Shown: positions 35,716 to 48,846, counted from the stretch's first letter. The stretch: DNA of 64,000 nt from Blepharisma stoltei ATCC 30299 (GCA_965603825.1 CBFDEM010000057.1:372001-436000), one strand, 5' to 3'. A program made the numbers and translations. The notes: generated by a model from the sequence alone, not told the origin.

Positions 35716-38700
35716 ATGTCTAAGTGGAACTATTTAGCTAGTGCTCATAAATCAAGTGCGGTTGCTGCATCTTTAGTCTGCAATTTTACGTCCCCTGACG
35801 AAAGAAATCTTCTAGTTGCTAAAGGCAATAGAATTGAAGTTCATACTCTGACCCAAGAAAACATCATTCCAATTCAAGAATTTTCCCTGTTCGGCACAGT
35901 TCTGTTTATGGACAAGCTGCATCCTCAAACTGGGTCAGATTTTTTATTAATTGCGACAGAACCGTTTAATCTCAGTCTGGCGGTATTTGAAAATGGAAAA
36001 TTAACATTGAAAGAATCATATCCTCTGAAAGAAAGGCAGGCAATTAAACTGGAGTATTTTTCACTTGTAAATTTGGATCCTCACCAAAGAGCGTATGTTA
36101 TGCATATATATAAAGGATTGATAAGAGTGATAGGGATCAAGCAGAATTTTACAGTAGGAGTTTCGTTCAATGCAAGGATTGAAGAAAGTCCTGTCATTGA
36201 TATGAGATTCTTACAAAATTATCAAGAACTGCAGCTAGGGATTATTTTTAAAAAAGAAAGTAATTTTGTGTTTAAAGCTTTCCCAGTCAGCTTGTCAGAG
36301 AAAAATCTAGGAGAAGCTTTATGGAGTGTTACTATTGCAGAACCTTGCACAAAGTTCTTAAGCTTAGACCAAAGTAGTATTGGCATTATCGACATGAATT
36401 CAATAAAAATCTATCGAGAACAAGAGAATGTCCCTTCATTGTCCACAAACGCAGAATTCGGAAAAGTTTGTGTAGTGCATAATATTGATAACCAAAGATG
36501 GATTGTGGGAAACCAAGGTGGAAATTTGTTTATTATTTTCTTGGGGTGTGAACTTAAAGTTGAGTGTCTAGGAAGATGCTCAATGGCAAGTAGCATTTCA
36601 TACTTAGACAATAATTATCTTTTTATTGGGTCTGCTTGTGGTGATTCACAATTAATTAAAGTGCTGACAGAAAGGCAAGAAAATTCTTTTATATCAGTTG
36701 AACAAAAATACCAAAATATTGGCCCAATTTTGGATTTCAAAGTGATTGAAGGCGAAAAAAAGGGTCTTTGTAATATAATTTCCTGCTCAGGTTATAACCT
36801 TGATGGTTCTTTGCGTTTAGTTAATAAAGGAATTAGCGTTACCACAGAAATCCAAATGGAGATCGGCAATGTAATTGGTCTATATACCCTGCAAGTAGAA
36901 AATACTGATTACAATCATATAATTTTAAGCTTTATAGATGCTACTAGGATACTGAAAAACCAGAACGAAGTTTTAAAGCCAATCACGTACCCAGACATAG
37001 ACTCAAAAATATCATCAATTTACATTGCAATGACAAAGTTTGGAATAATCCAAGTTACCCGCTTTTTTATTCAGCTCTTAAATTTCCAGTGGCAGCGGGT
37101 TTTCATTATAAATTCTGAAGAAATTCGAGAAAATTCTGAGATCACGCTTGCCTCCTCATCTGACGATAAAATGTGTGTTGTGCTTAATGGGCTGGAGATA
37201 TATGAATTTTCTATAAGAGAAAACCTTTTAGAAAGAACTATCCAATGAATTTCTCATAATGAAATTGCTTGCATTGGGATGTCAAATAATCTGGTTGCGG
37301 TTGGACTATGAATTGAGCTAAATATCATTGTATTTGACGCAAATAGCTTCACTGAGATATGGAGAGACCATTTAGGAAGCGAAGTTCTTCCTCGATCTCT
37401 AATGTTTGCTGAGCTTGAAGATATAGAATACTTATTTGCAGGCTTAGCTGATGGTCATTTGCTTACATATACCTTGCCACATTTTATAAAAAGAAGTCAG
37501 CTGATTGGCACTCATCAAGTTGTCCTAAAGACCTTTAAGTACCAAAATAAGGTTTCTGTATTTGCGGGATGCGATCAGCCTAAGATTGTGTATAGTAATC
37601 ACCATAGACTTATAACGTCAACAGTCAACTCAGACCCTGTACTTTGTGTTTCACCGTTTGGGACAAGAGACTTTCCTGACTGTCTAGCTCTAATCAGTGG
37701 AAGATCACTAATTATGGTTTCTATTGAGGATTTACAAAATTTTACTATAAGAACTTTTCCTCAAGGACTTACTATGAGAAGAATTGGGATGATTGATGAT
37801 AGTTTTGTATGCTTAGGCAGAAATCAGGCCGGAGTTGACAGTCTTTTATTGCTTTCTGGAGCGTTGACCATAGAGTCTACGCACTCATTTGAATACTCCG
37901 AGTTAGTGAATACACTTCTAGTAGATAAAAATAGAATATTTGTGGGAACTGGCATAACTGAGGAAAGGATTACAGATCCAAAATCAGGGTTTATCCGAAT
38001 ATTTGCTATCAGAGATCGGCATTTCTATGAAATTTCCAATTTAAACGTCCTTGGCGGTGGTGTTTCTTCCTTAGTCCCTATGAGCAATGACAAACTTATT
38101 GGAGGTGTGCATAGCGTAATTCATTACTGAAGAATTAACTCTGAAAATCAAATAACTTCAATTGATAGCAGCAACAAGATCACTTACGTGCTTTGTATGG
38201 ACACTTATAATAACTTTGTAGCTATAGCTGATTTAATAAAGTCAGTCACAGTTTTCTCTGCAGATGAAGAAGGACTTACGATTGTTGCAAAAAATTATTC
38301 CGCAATGTGGCCAACCTGCATCCAATTTATATCTAATACACTTATAGCAGTTGCTGACATGTTTGGGAATCTTTTACTACTGGAAATTCAAAATCATATG
38401 AAATTGAACCCTATTGGAGGAATCCATATAGGAGAAAATATCAACTGCATGAGAAAAGGGACACTTGTACAAGTAAGATCTGATGAATTTCCTGACAATG
38501 TAGAAAGTATCCTTTTTGCCACGACCAAAGGAACCCTTGGCGTTATAGCATCTTTACCTCAAGATATTTACAATATCTTGAATCTTGTTCAAGAAGAATT
38601 AGGCTTAAGGATACCACAAATAGGGAATATGAGTCTAAAAAGTCATAGAACTCCTGAGATTGAGAAACAAAGTATTAATTTTGATTTCTTTTTGGATGGA

Positions 38701-38838
38701 GATTTTATAGAAACGTTTTTAGATATTTCGCCTGAAGAACAGTCAACTATTTGTATGGATGTCGGGATGAAGCTTGGGAAAGACTTGAATGTGCAGGATC
38801 TCCAAAAACTAATTCTCTCATTGTCGAAAGTGCATTAA
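35716..38838 (+). CDS. DDB1: DNA damage-binding protein 1 (1040 aa)
   Basis: WNYLASAHKSSAV..CNFTSPDERNLLVAKGNRIE, ISYLDNNYLFIGSACGDSQL, NIGPILDF, GSLRLVNKGI, VGL(W), FLDGDFIETFLD, LSKVH. Three track ORFs share one frame. Confidence 0.92.
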
Positions 38839-39117
38839 AATTAAGGTAAGAAATTGAATTAAAAATTTATCCTTATCATATTGAATAAATATCACCAATA
38901 TCTCTTTTCTCAGCATCTAATTCAGGTAAGTTTCTTAAAAACCATATCAGATATCATATAATAGCTTACATTGCTATCAGTAGACATTTAACTCTGTTTG
39001 AGATATTGCAATTATTTTTCGACCAATGTATTTTGGCTACATTCTTTAATAATTTTCAGACACTTAACCGTAAGAAATAAAAAGTCCATTTAATATCTAA
39101 ATATAATAGCCATCAAT

Positions 39118-39675
39118 ATGAGCACCTCAACATACCCAGAAAACATTACTCCAGAATATGTAAGCCAACTGACTGAAGCAACCTCCACTTTTCTATGTCC
39201 CCTTTCCGCAAATGTGTATGGGATCGAGTTTGTCTATTTCAAAGTGAGAGATCTTGAATCAGGGATGGTTTTATTTGAAGTGCAAAGTGAAGAAGATTCA
39301 GTCTCTGAGCCGCCTCAGGATGATTCATTTAGAACAGTTAAATACCAACTAGGCCCAGATTTCCTCAAACTAAAAGCACTTGGAAGCACTATAGATTTCC
39401 TCGTAGGACCTCGCGAAGTAAGAAATTTTCGCATGATTGAAAGGCATTACTTCAGAAACGTTTTATTGAAAAGTTTTGACTTTAATCTGGACTTTTGTAT
39501 ACCAAACACAAGGAACTCATGGGAAGTGATCTACGAAATCCCAGAACTCCCTGCAGATCTTGAGCAGCTTATGATTGAAAGCCCATGGGAAACAAAATCA
39601 GATAGTTTTTATTTTGTGCAGAACCAGCTGATAATGCACAACAAAGCTGAGTATAATTACTCTGATTTATCTTAA
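39118..39675 (+). CDS. UNC119: UNC119 myristoyl-protein carrier
   Basis: FLCPLSANVYGIEFVYFKVRD, NFRMIERHYFR..LLKSFDF, ETKSDSFYFV..LIMHNKAEY. Confidence 0.95.
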   Translation: MSTSTYPENITPEYVSQLTEATSTFLCPLSANVYGIEFVYFKVRDLESGMVLFEVQSEEDSVSEPPQDDSFRTVKYQLGPDFLKLKALGSTIDFLVGPREVRNFRMIERHYFRNVLLKSFDFNLDFCIPNTRNSWEVIYEIPELPADLEQLMIESPWETKSDSFYFVQNQLIMHNKAEYNYSDLS

Positions 39676-39775
39676 TTAGTTTGAATTATTTCTTATTTTA
39701 AACAGAAATTTAATTTCCCTAGTTTCAGAGAATGCTTATAACCCTCTTTTAGTTATGAAAGAATTTAGCTCTTAC

Positions 39776-40201
39776 TTATGCTGAAAGAATGATTGATCCA
39801 CCTGCTTTTTTAATTCTCTCTTCAGCTTTTGCTGAGAAAATCCTCGCTTTAACATTCATTGGCCTTAAAAGGACGCCTCTTCCAAGAACTTTGAAAAATC
39901 CGTGAGCTCCAGCATCAACAAGTGGCACATCGCTTGAGGCTTTTTGTTCTTCAGTCAGCAAAGTGTTAAGAGTGTCGAGGTTCACAACAGGGCAGAATTC
40001 TGTGTTTTTCTTCAAGTGGAAGCGCCTCATACCGACTTTTCCAAAGTATCCTGGGTGGAACTTGTCAAATAAGATCCTGAGGTGATGTAAACCACCAGCA
40101 TTACCGCGGCCGCAAGGATGCTTTCTGTGCTTACCGATACGGCCATGGCCCATGCTAACGTGTCCTCTGAGCTTCCTGGTATGCTTGAGTCTTGCCACCA
40201 T
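39776..40201 (-). CDS. RPL27A: 60S ribosomal protein L27a (uL15)
   Basis: [47 protein letters not shown]. Confidence 0.97.
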   Translation of the reverse strand: MVARLKHTRKLRGHVSMGHGRIGKHRKHPCGRGNAGGLHHLRILFDKFHPGYFGKVGMRRFHLKKNTEFCPVVNLDTLNTLLTEEQKASSDVPLVDAGAHGFFKVLGRGVLLRPMNVKARIFSAKAEERIKKAGGSIILSA

Positions 40202-40255
40202 ATTAATGTATTAAACCACCATAGATTAACATCTCTTATATACTTTTATCCATTT

Positions 40256-42214
40256 ATGCTAGTGCACAGGATTTTCAGAGCTTTTTCAGTCATAAGAAGC
40301 CCAACCATGATACCGAGAGCACTGGATAGAAGCAGGTACACAGGAAAAGTTTTAGATGTCTTTGAAACGCAATTTGAGTGTTTTAATGTAGCCTCTCACG
40401 CAAAATTACTTCTCAAAGCACTGAAGCGGACTAGCGATAACGCATCTTCAGAGCCTGAAACTGAACAAAATAAGCCAATGGCGAAAGTTCTTGAAGATCC
40501 GCGCTTTGATAAATTTTTGAAATTGCTCAATGAGACAGGCACTTCTTTTCAAGTCTTTCTAAATAATTTCCTGGCTTTGGCGTGAGTTTACCAAGCCGCA
40601 AAGCAGAAATTTGAAGCAGCTACATTAGCGAAGTTTATCGAAAGAGTAAAAGGCGAGAAAAAATTGAATCTAAGTGATGTATGCATTGCCCTCAAAGTCA
40701 TTTCAATAGCTGCAAAACGGGAAAATGATGTTTTAGAGCTTGTAAATGGACTGTCAAACCGTGCGGCTGAATTAATAGAACAGCGGATTCCATATGCCCA
40801 AAATGTCAAGACTTTGCTTATGCTTGACCTATGAAAAGAGTAAGACTTACTCAGAGAGCTGAAAAATAACCATTTGTTGACAGTCCTTGAGCCTTATGTG
40901 TTGAAAGTAATAGATATTTAGTACATTAATGAGATTGAGCCCAAAGCTTTGGTTATTTTTTTTAGAGTGTATTCTCGTAACAGAACTGGATCAAAAGAAT
41001 TTATAAAGCAACTTTTATTTGCGATATGCGTGAAATTAAAGGAATTGCAAAGTCATCAAATATCAAAAGTGATATATGATTGTGCTTATGTGTGAAATAA
41101 TGTGCTAGATGACACTGAAAATACTTTGAAGTTACTGTATCAAGAAATTATGAAAAAGCTAGGATCAATCGATAAGTTCAGTTTATATTCCATTTTTCCA
41201 GTGCTAAGCTGAACTAGAATAGGCAATCCTCATTATTACGAACTTCTAGGTGCGCAATGGGTTAAATTTATGGGCGATTATTCAGACAGAGAAATCTCAA
41301 AGCTTACATATCAAGCAGCAGAAGCAAATCTCAGTTCGATCACTTTGGTCAAAGCTCTCAACAGGGCACTGAAACCTTTAGTCTTAAACATCTCACCGCT
41401 CATTTATGAGATTTATGATAGCAAAGTTCAAGCTCCTGTAGGCTTAATTGAAGGAAAAGATGATTTTGAGGTCCAACTGTCCAAGCTGAAACAAGATATC
41501 ATGAGCTCTATCAAGCCTTCAAACCCGAAAAAGAATGAGTTGTTGACTATTAGCAGAATTTATGAAACAAATAATCACTCATTTTTTAAATTTGGAACTT
41601 TCATACAATTCATGTGGGGATTTATAAAAATTGCTGATCAAACTGATATAAAAATGTTGGACTCAGAAACCTGGAACCTACTTGTGCAGCTTTTAAAGAA
41701 GCATGTCTCAGAGCTTAATAGAAACGATAAACAGATTTCTTATGTAGGGTATGATATGTTATCACAAATAGCGTTTCTCTCTAATAATGCATTCCAAACG
41801 ATATCAAAGATTACAATTCCAAGAGACTTAGCAGACTATGCTCAACATTCAGATCATGAGTATTTCACAATCGCAAACTCTAACAGAAGCCAGTCAAATA
41901 AGGATTTTGAAAACCAGTTCGTTGAGTTTTGCAAAGAAAGTGGCATTTCATATCATCTCCCCAAAGCTCACTCAGCTGAAAAATCAACAAAAGAATTAAT
42001 CGTCGGTGACATTCCTTTTTATGTCAACGCAAAGGCTAAAAATCCTGTCATTGTATTAAGAGAATTTGATATCTTTTACGATGGATATATTAGAGGACTA
42101 ATGAAAAACAAATTAAAGATTTTATCCTCGCTTACACCAATCACAGTTGTTCGATACGATGAGTGGATGAATGGAAACATGAATAAAGATTATTTTAAAA
42201 AAATTCTTCAATAG
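40256..42214 (+). CDS. Mitochondrion-targeted helical-repeat protein with a RAP-like C-terminus (FASTK-like), about 642 aa, two introns
   Basis: Presequence MLVHRIFRAFS; the frame is continuous after TGA=W and removal of two 15-nt introns; C-terminus GLMKNKLKILSSL..ITVVRYDEW resembles a RAP domain. Confidence 0.65.
40840..40854 (+). other. 15-nt intron GTAAGACTTACTCAG
   Basis: Removes an in-frame TAA; A at position 10. Confidence 0.8.
40907..40921 (+). other. 15-nt intron GTAATAGATATTTAG
   Basis: Removes an in-frame TAG; A at position 10. Confidence 0.8.
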
Positions 42215-42234
42215 AAAATTTGTTATATAATTAA

Positions 42235-42555
42235 ATGGGATGCAATGCTTCAGAACTTCCTAAAGATATCGAAGAAGCACTAAACCAGCAACTTCAAGCA
42301 TTGGAGAGCATAGAAAACACTTTTAAAGCAATGGAAGAGAGCATTACAGTGGAAATTCAAAGAAGAAATGAAGCTGCTGATGCTCAAGAAAAGCTTATGA
42401 AATGAAAGGATAAGTCTGATAAAAAACTTGATGAGTTAGAAACACAGTTAGCAGAAATTATTGAAAAAAATCAAGTAGCACAAGAAAGACAACTATCTAG
42501 TAAAGCGAATTTAAGAAGACCTGATATATTTCCTATTGAAGCGAAGAAAGCATAG
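42235..42555 (+). CDS. Small coiled-coil protein with N-terminal MGCNAS dual-acylation motif (106 aa; absent from the ORF track)
   Basis: ATG GGA TGC AAT GCT TCA.., one internal TGA(W), ends at TAG; Glu/Lys/Gln-rich heptads. Confidence 0.7.
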
Positions 42556-42643
42556 TTTTGATTGAAGAAATAATCTAAATTTAAAATAAATGCCATATAA
42601 CGAAAAAATTTTGCATGATTTTTATATATAGAATAAAATTAAC

Positions 42644-43147
42644 TTATTTAAACCTTCCTAAAGATTTTACAAAAGCTTGCAGCATGGTTTTCCTTTGTAC
42701 CGATTTCTTTTTCGTTTTTTTTGGCTTTCTAGCTAATTGTGACCTAACTGGTATTTGGCTATTCTCATGAATATTTAGCGAGGCTTTCTCTTCATCTGAG
42801 CTGAATTCAGGTTCGTAAATATCGTAAATCTTTTCTTCATAAGTAATCATGGTCTTTGTCATATCTTTTCTTATCATCGATTTCTCTATAACCACTTCCT
42901 GAGCAATTTGGCCTTGTAAGGTTTCTTTTTTTCGCTTAAAATAGCTCCAATGGTTTAGCTTAGGAATAGGCCGAGATTCATTTTGAGGAACAGGGGTAAT
43001 TTCCATTGAAGAAATCGGGTGAAAATTAGCAATGAACGGTTTATACTGATAATCTGTGTATTTCTGCAGTGTATCGTGGCTAATCTTTTTGAGAATAAGC
43101 TTTTCATCGCAGCATAGCAAGCAGTCAAAAATAGGTTTTATTGACAT
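42644..43147 (-). CDS. Hypothetical protein
   Basis: 167-aa ORF with coding-like composition and a basic C-terminus. Confidence 0.6.
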   Translation of the reverse strand: MSIKPIFDCLLCCDEKLILKKISHDTLQKYTDYQYKPFIANFHPISSMEITPVPQNESRPIPKLNHWSYFKRKKETLQGQIAQEVVIEKSMIRKDMTKTMITYEEKIYDIYEPEFSSDEEKASLNIHENSQIPVRSQLARKPKKTKKKSVQRKTMLQAFVKSLGRFK

Positions 43148-43170
43148 TTTAATAAATTTATTAAAATAAA

Positions 43171-45108
43171 CTATTCCATATTGGATTCGACTATTGTAAA
43201 ATTAGCAGTTCTTCGTCTTTTGGGGGAATCTCTCATTAATACAGTGAAGTCTCCTCTGGTTTTGCTTAAATTTCTTTTTAATGATCGTTTTACTTCTTGG
43301 GTTTCTTCAGTTTCGATCTAAATTATTTTTACAGTAGGTTGTGATCTAAAACCTAAAAATTTTTTAATGTGCATCAAATCCCTGAAAAATGTAGGCTTCT
43401 CTTTACTTTGAGGATTCAATTCAGTGCTATCCTCAGCCGAGCTGCTAAGTTCTTCTCTTTCAGATGATAAGGTTTCTGTAACAAATGACAATGGCAAATC
43501 TTTTGCAGTTAGAATATTCATTAATTTTTGACTAACATCGCTATCTAATGATTTTCCTTGCTTCTTTTTGATCCTAATATTTTCAAGCCTTTCATTTTCT
43601 TCCTCAATATCAAAATCAGTTTTCGCGTTAGGATCATATGGACAGCTTTTTTCATCATGTCCAGACTCCGAGCAGCTCTATATAATGATCACCGTGCAAA
43701 ATTGTTGCTTTCTCAGTCTTCTTTCTTCACGCAATATCTCTTCCTCATCATTTTTCGCGATATGCTTCGAAGTTCTACACCCTTTGGCTAGTTCTCCTTT
43801 TCTACCACAACACCATCACATTTGGCCTGAGTATTGGCTTGAATGAGTTTGGCAAGATCAATTGAAGTTTTCTGACTCCAGAAAGAATTTTTTACAGTTT
43901 TTACAAACTTTTTCTTCGATATCTCCATTTCGATTGACCTTAAATGTGGAAATTTTGTCTCGCATTCGATCAAATTGGTCTGTTAAAGCGTCATAATTGT
44001 TTTTGACGTCTTCATATTTAAACTGCAGTTTTTCTTTTTCGTTCTTTTCTTTTATCATTTCGTCTTTGATTTGTTGGATTTTTTCTTTAAATCGATTTAT
44101 AAACTTGTCTCTATCGTTTTTCATATAATCTTTTATTTCAGTCATTTCTTGCAAATCTTTTGACAATGTTTGGTTTTCATCAGTTAAGACTTTTAACTTT
44201 GCAATCAGCTCGACTTCTAGCTCTGCTAATTTTTTACAGCATTCAGCAAAGCTAGTGTACTCTTTAGTTGTGATTTCTTCAGTATTTTTTATTTTTAGTA
44301 GATCTTCTATGCAAGTTTGCAAACCCTTCAATCTATCTCCCATGATTTGATTTTGCATTTCGATTAGATCATTAAAATGTGTAATCTTTTGTAACTCTGC
44401 TTTGAGGCGATCATTTGCCATTCTTTCATTTAAGCATTCTGCTAAACTTTCTTCTAATTTTGATTCACTATTTGTTAACAATGCTTTATATTGGTCAATT
44501 TGCTCATTTAGAAAAAATATTTTCAGCTCGAATTTTTGGCTAAGTTTTACATTTTGGTCAAATTGGAATTTCAAAAGCTCAAAATTAGTTTCTAGATCTT
44601 CATATTTTGATTTTAAAACACATAACTCTGACTCAGAAGTAATTTTTGCCTGCTCTGAATCCTTCATTTTCCTTGTGGAGTCCTCGAGCTCGATTTTTAA
44701 TTTTTCAATCTCACTCATAAGTTTTTCTGAGAGTTTCAGTTCCGCATAGACACTCGTTTCAGCACTTGTTTCTCTGCTATCTAAGATGTCAGCATGTGAT
44801 CTTGACATATCAAGTGACTTGCCATATAAGTGTTTCTTTAAAGTTGATCTTGTTCTGCACTCGAACATAGGGAGTAAATACGATTTTACTACCTTTGCTG
44901 CGAGCTCTGGCTCGACGTTCATGATCGGCTTCAGTTTTCTTGTCTTTATTTTGCTAGACATTGAAAATTGACTTGGTTGTGTAGACAGGTTTGCCCTTTC
45001 GTTAAGTATATTTTGATAAACCTTATGCTTTAGCAGTGGATTTGCCAAAGGCAGCATTGAAAAAGAAGAGTTGAGGTTGTTACTTTTCGTAAATGACAGA
45101 TTATTCAT
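43171..45108 (-). CDS. Long coiled-coil protein with C-terminal Btk-like Zn motif and CCHC zinc knuckle (about 635 aa, two introns)
   Basis: Coiled coil; CKNCKKFFLESENFN(W)SCKTH..WWCC..KGC; splicing creates FCT|SCSESGHDEKSCP (C-x2-C-x4-H-x4-C). Confidence 0.75.
43318..43332 (-). other. 15-nt intron GTAAAAATAATTTAG
   Basis: Removes an in-frame TAG; the frame then stays open to the TAG at 43171. Confidence 0.7.
43678..43692 (-). other. 15-nt intron GTGATCATTATATAG
   Basis: Removal restores the exact CxxC spacing of a zinc knuckle. Confidence 0.88.
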
Positions 45109-45137
45109 TTTTAAATAAAAGTTTAGGTTAGAATAAA

Positions 45138-46880
45138 TTACGAGTCATCAAATCTAAATTCGCAGTTCCTAATCTCAGTCCCATCTTTATTAGTCGCTCC
45201 AGCATAAATATGGGTGCTTCCGAATCTTAGTGTGACTTTAACAGTTTTATCTTCAACTGACTGGAAAGGCCTTCCTATATCGATAGTCAGTTCTCCTAAC
45301 TGCTCGACTCCCTCCTCATCTACGAAATCTACATCTCTAGAATCAGTGCAGTAAAAAATGATCCTCATAACTGTTTGTCTGGACCTCACTGGACAATAGG
45401 TCTTTGTATGCACTTCTTCAGCGCCTACAGAGTCTCCAGCTCTCACAAAAGGATCGAAAACGTCTTCACAGAACTCTTCCCCTTCAATTATCACTTTTTT
45501 GGTTTCTGGGTGCCGCTCTGGGTCAAAAGTAGTGAGGGTGTTGATCCCATAAGTTCTCTTGACAATGCGAGAAGTAATGGAATGAGGGTCGAGGCCAAAT
45601 AAGCATGCCCCTCGGACCACACTTACTTGAGGACGCCGAGGAACAAGAACTTGAAGTTTTTCAGTTTCGAACTGTTTCTTTATTTCTTGTTTAAGGAAAG
45701 GACTTTCAGAAAACCCACCGACCATAAAGATGAAGCCAAGCTGCTCGTTTTTGTTGAGGACTTGAGATTCAAGCTGAGCTACTTTGGACTTGATATTTTC
45801 AAATAGAGGCTGGAAGAATGAAGCCATAAGAGGAGTCGGAAGGTCTAAGCTGGACGACCCTCTCTGCTTAAGCTCAAATTCTGGAGGGTGGGATTTGTTG
45901 TAGTTTTTTACTAAGCTTGACAATATTTGTGCAGTTAAATCTTCTCCCATATAGCTTAGCTGCAACCTCGATCTTTCATCAATTCCAGGGCAGAATTTCC
46001 GTTTAAGCATTTCAAAGTGTTTTAAGATATCAAGTCTTCCTACAGCGTTTCTCATATATCTTCCAAACAGTTCATCTCCAAAGAACTCTTTTAGAAACTC
46101 TTCAAAATACACGTCCACAAACTTCGACCCCCATTCGCAGCCTCCACTGCTTGGCAATAATTCTTCGCACAAAAATTTTTCTTCGGGCTCACATAGTAAT
46201 TTATGAATTGTGATATCCACTGTTCCTCCTCCACAATCAAGCACCATCACCACTGTATCTTTTTTCATTTGCTGCTTAATGCTTTCTTCACTGTCTTCTC
46301 TAACCGAAATTGAAGCTCCTTCAGGCTCTAAACACAGCAGTAAATTTGGTGAATTCAGCTCTGTAATAATCCCTGCTTCCACACAAGCGTTTCTCATGAA
46401 CTGCTTATGCTCTTCACTTCATAATGCTGGGACTGTTAAAACCCACATGATTTTTGTTTTTATGACTTTTCCCACTTGCTCTGATAGTTTCTGGATAGCT
46501 TTGTCAGAGATAAATCGAAGAGTCTCAGAAATTACTTTCATAAGGGGCATTTCACGACCATCTACAGAGACAGCGTTGCTGTGAAGATGGAGCAGATGCA
46601 TTTTGTAAGTTTGGAATAGCAAAGCGTTGTCGCCGTCATCAATGATTTCTGCGTATTGTTGGAGTGCTTGGGAGCCGAAAGCCAGGAATTTGAAGTTGGA
46701 GTCGAAGAGAATTGCTGTGATTGCCTTTTGATCGTCTGTGTCATCGCATGGATTAAAAACTTCGATGCGCGCTTTGCCGTTTTCTTTGAGACGAGGAGTT
46801 ATTGCGTAGCCTGATGCACCAGTTCCGAAGTCTATAGCGATTATATGGGTATATGAGGAGTCTTCTTTGAGAATTGCCAT
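45138..46880 (-). CDS. HSPA12-like atypical Hsp70 (580 aa)
   Basis: IAIDFGTGASGYA, WVLTVPAL(W)SEEHKQFMRNA, LEPEGAS, VLDCGGGTVDIT, FMVGGFSESPFL. Confidence 0.9.
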
Positions 46881-47025
46881 ACTTTATTTAATAATTGAAT
46901 TTAAGTTCAAATTTAGAAGGAAATGGAAATTTTTTAAAGAAGTATAAATTCATGAAATTACTAGACATAAATCAAAAAATTCATTTATGATTGGTATTAG
47001 CTTTAGAAATAATTCTTTATTTTTA

Positions 47026-48069
47026 TTATGATGAAAATCTTGTTTCTCCCAACTTATAAACTCTTGACGAACTGATTCCTTCAAGCCTCAATTCCACACA
47101 CAGCTGATGTCCAGGAACTTTTTGAAGTCTTTTATATTGTTGAGAGCTAAACGGTTTGAGCCTGGGGAGAGTCTTCGTGTCAACTCTTTCAGGGTAATCT
47201 TCAACCCAAAAGCAGAGATCTGGCTTGAATATGTCATGAAGATGGTTCATGATTTCAAAAGAATAGTAATCTTCATACTCATTGAGATTTGATATTGACA
47301 ATACACCTACCACACAAGTATTGCTGACTGGTCTTGAAAAAGAAAGGATCTTGAATCTCAAAGTTTTGTATCTGGCTAGGGACTCATACTGGAAAGTTAG
47401 TGTCAGGCTAATCTCTGAATTAGCTAGAAGCTGCGACATGGTCTTGTATCTTTTATTAGTTTGTTCTTCATAAAGAATAAGCGAAGTCCAGTCATATGAA
47501 GATTTATTGACGATTTTAATGACATGATCGCTTCTGTCTATGCTTTGGACCATTGAAAGCTCCATATATGACTCATCAAGCATTGTCGGGAACTTTATAT
47601 GGTTGATCTTGGTAAATGCCTTGCTGGTTGATGGGGCAAGATGCAGCTTATTTGCAGTTTCCTGGGCTACCTGTGCGTATTGCTCGATTTCATCAACTAA
47701 TTCTCTGCTTTTCAATGGTCTGATAGCTTCAACAATTTCAGAGGTCGGGTCAAAGCTTAATTCAATATCATTTTGCATTTTATACTCCGCTTGGGTCGCA
47801 GTGTGGGCAATCAGATCTAGGCTGTCTTTGATGTATTGCTGCTTTATTTTGCAGGCCTCATAGTTCGTATTTCTGCTGAAAAATAGTTTGGCAGTCGTGA
47901 TTATGATCTCAGGTATGAGCTTCTTGGAGAGTTCGAGCTTTCTTAGATTATCAACTTCTTCGCTTTCAACAAAAATTGGTCCAGCTTGATTGAGCTTTCT
48001 TTCTGAATCTACAGAAAACATTGAGTCTACATTGGAATTACCTGAAATTTCTTGAGATTCGCTAGCCAT
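47026..48069 (-). CDS. Hypothetical protein (start at the second ATG, MASESQ, preferred)
   Basis: Long open frame; helical N-half and beta-rich C-half. Confidence 0.7.
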   Translation of the reverse strand: MASESQEISGNSNVDSMFSVDSERKLNQAGPIFVESEEVDNLRKLELSKKLIPEIIITTAKLFFSRNTNYEACKIKQQYIKDSLDLIAHTATQAEYKMQNDIELSFDPTSEIVEAIRPLKSRELVDEIEQYAQVAQETANKLHLAPSTSKAFTKINHIKFPTMLDESYMELSMVQSIDRSDHVIKIVNKSSYDWTSLILYEEQTNKRYKTMSQLLANSEISLTLTFQYESLARYKTLRFKILSFSRPVSNTCVVGVLSISNLNEYEDYYSFEIMNHLHDIFKPDLCFWVEDYPERVDTKTLPRLKPFSSQQYKRLQKVPGHQLCVELRLEGISSSRVYKLGETRFSS

Positions 48070-48477
48070 TATTATAAGCTTTCTACAAAGATGATAAATT
48101 GCATTTTTGCATATTTTAAAATTTAATAAAGTTGGCTGCATTATAGGCTGACATTGAAGGTCTATTTGAAATAATAGAAAAGGGAAATAAAATTTAATAA
48201 AAAATGAGCATAATTAAAATTCTACAAGATAAACCTATAATTTTATACTCAATATATATGCTTGATATTAATTATGAACATATATAGCTGTGCATAATTT
48301 TAAAATATCAGATAATAAGCACTGCAATTATTATTATAATTGCTCTATAGCATTGTAAATTCATTAAAAAGTAATTTCATCTTTTTATTCTTCATTAGTT
48401 ATAATTTAACCTCTAAATTCCTATTCACTATCTTAAGCACTTCTCAATTCCTTCTTTCAATTTCATATGGTAAAAAT

Positions 48478-48846
48478 ATGGCCGCTGTATCACGCACAGA
48501 TCTCTCCAAAGCCGAGCACGACGAACTCAGTTGCGTCTTTGCTGCCTTGATTCTCCATGACGAAGGTGTAGAAGTGACAGCCGACAAAATACAAAAATTA
48601 GTATCAGCTTCAGGAAATGATATTGAGAAATATTGGCCACTTCTTTTCGCCAATGCTCTTAAAGGACAAGATATAAGCCGATTACTCAGCAACTTTGGAA
48701 GCGGAAGTGCCAGCTCAGCACCAGCTACAACTTCTGCACCATCAGGAGAAACCAAGACAGAGGAAAAGAAGGAAGACAAGAAAGAAGAAGCAGAGGAAGA
48801 AGTCCTTGATGGAGGCATGGATCTATTCGGAGGCGATGAATGGTAA
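48478..48846 (+). CDS. RPLP1: 60S acidic ribosomal protein P1
   Basis: ELSCVFAALILHDEGVEVTADKI..WPLLFANAL, Ala/Ser hinge, acidic tail with MDLFG. Confidence 0.93.
   Translation: MAAVSRTDLSKAEHDELSCVFAALILHDEGVEVTADKIQKLVSASGNDIEKYWPLLFANALKGQDISRLLSNFGSGSASSAPATTSAPSGETKTEEKKEDKKEEAEEEVLDGGMDLFGGDEW

Noticed and set aside
39118-42555. Functional link between UNC119 and the nearby myristoylated small protein
   Set aside because: They are separated by unrelated genes, and proximity alone gives no support.
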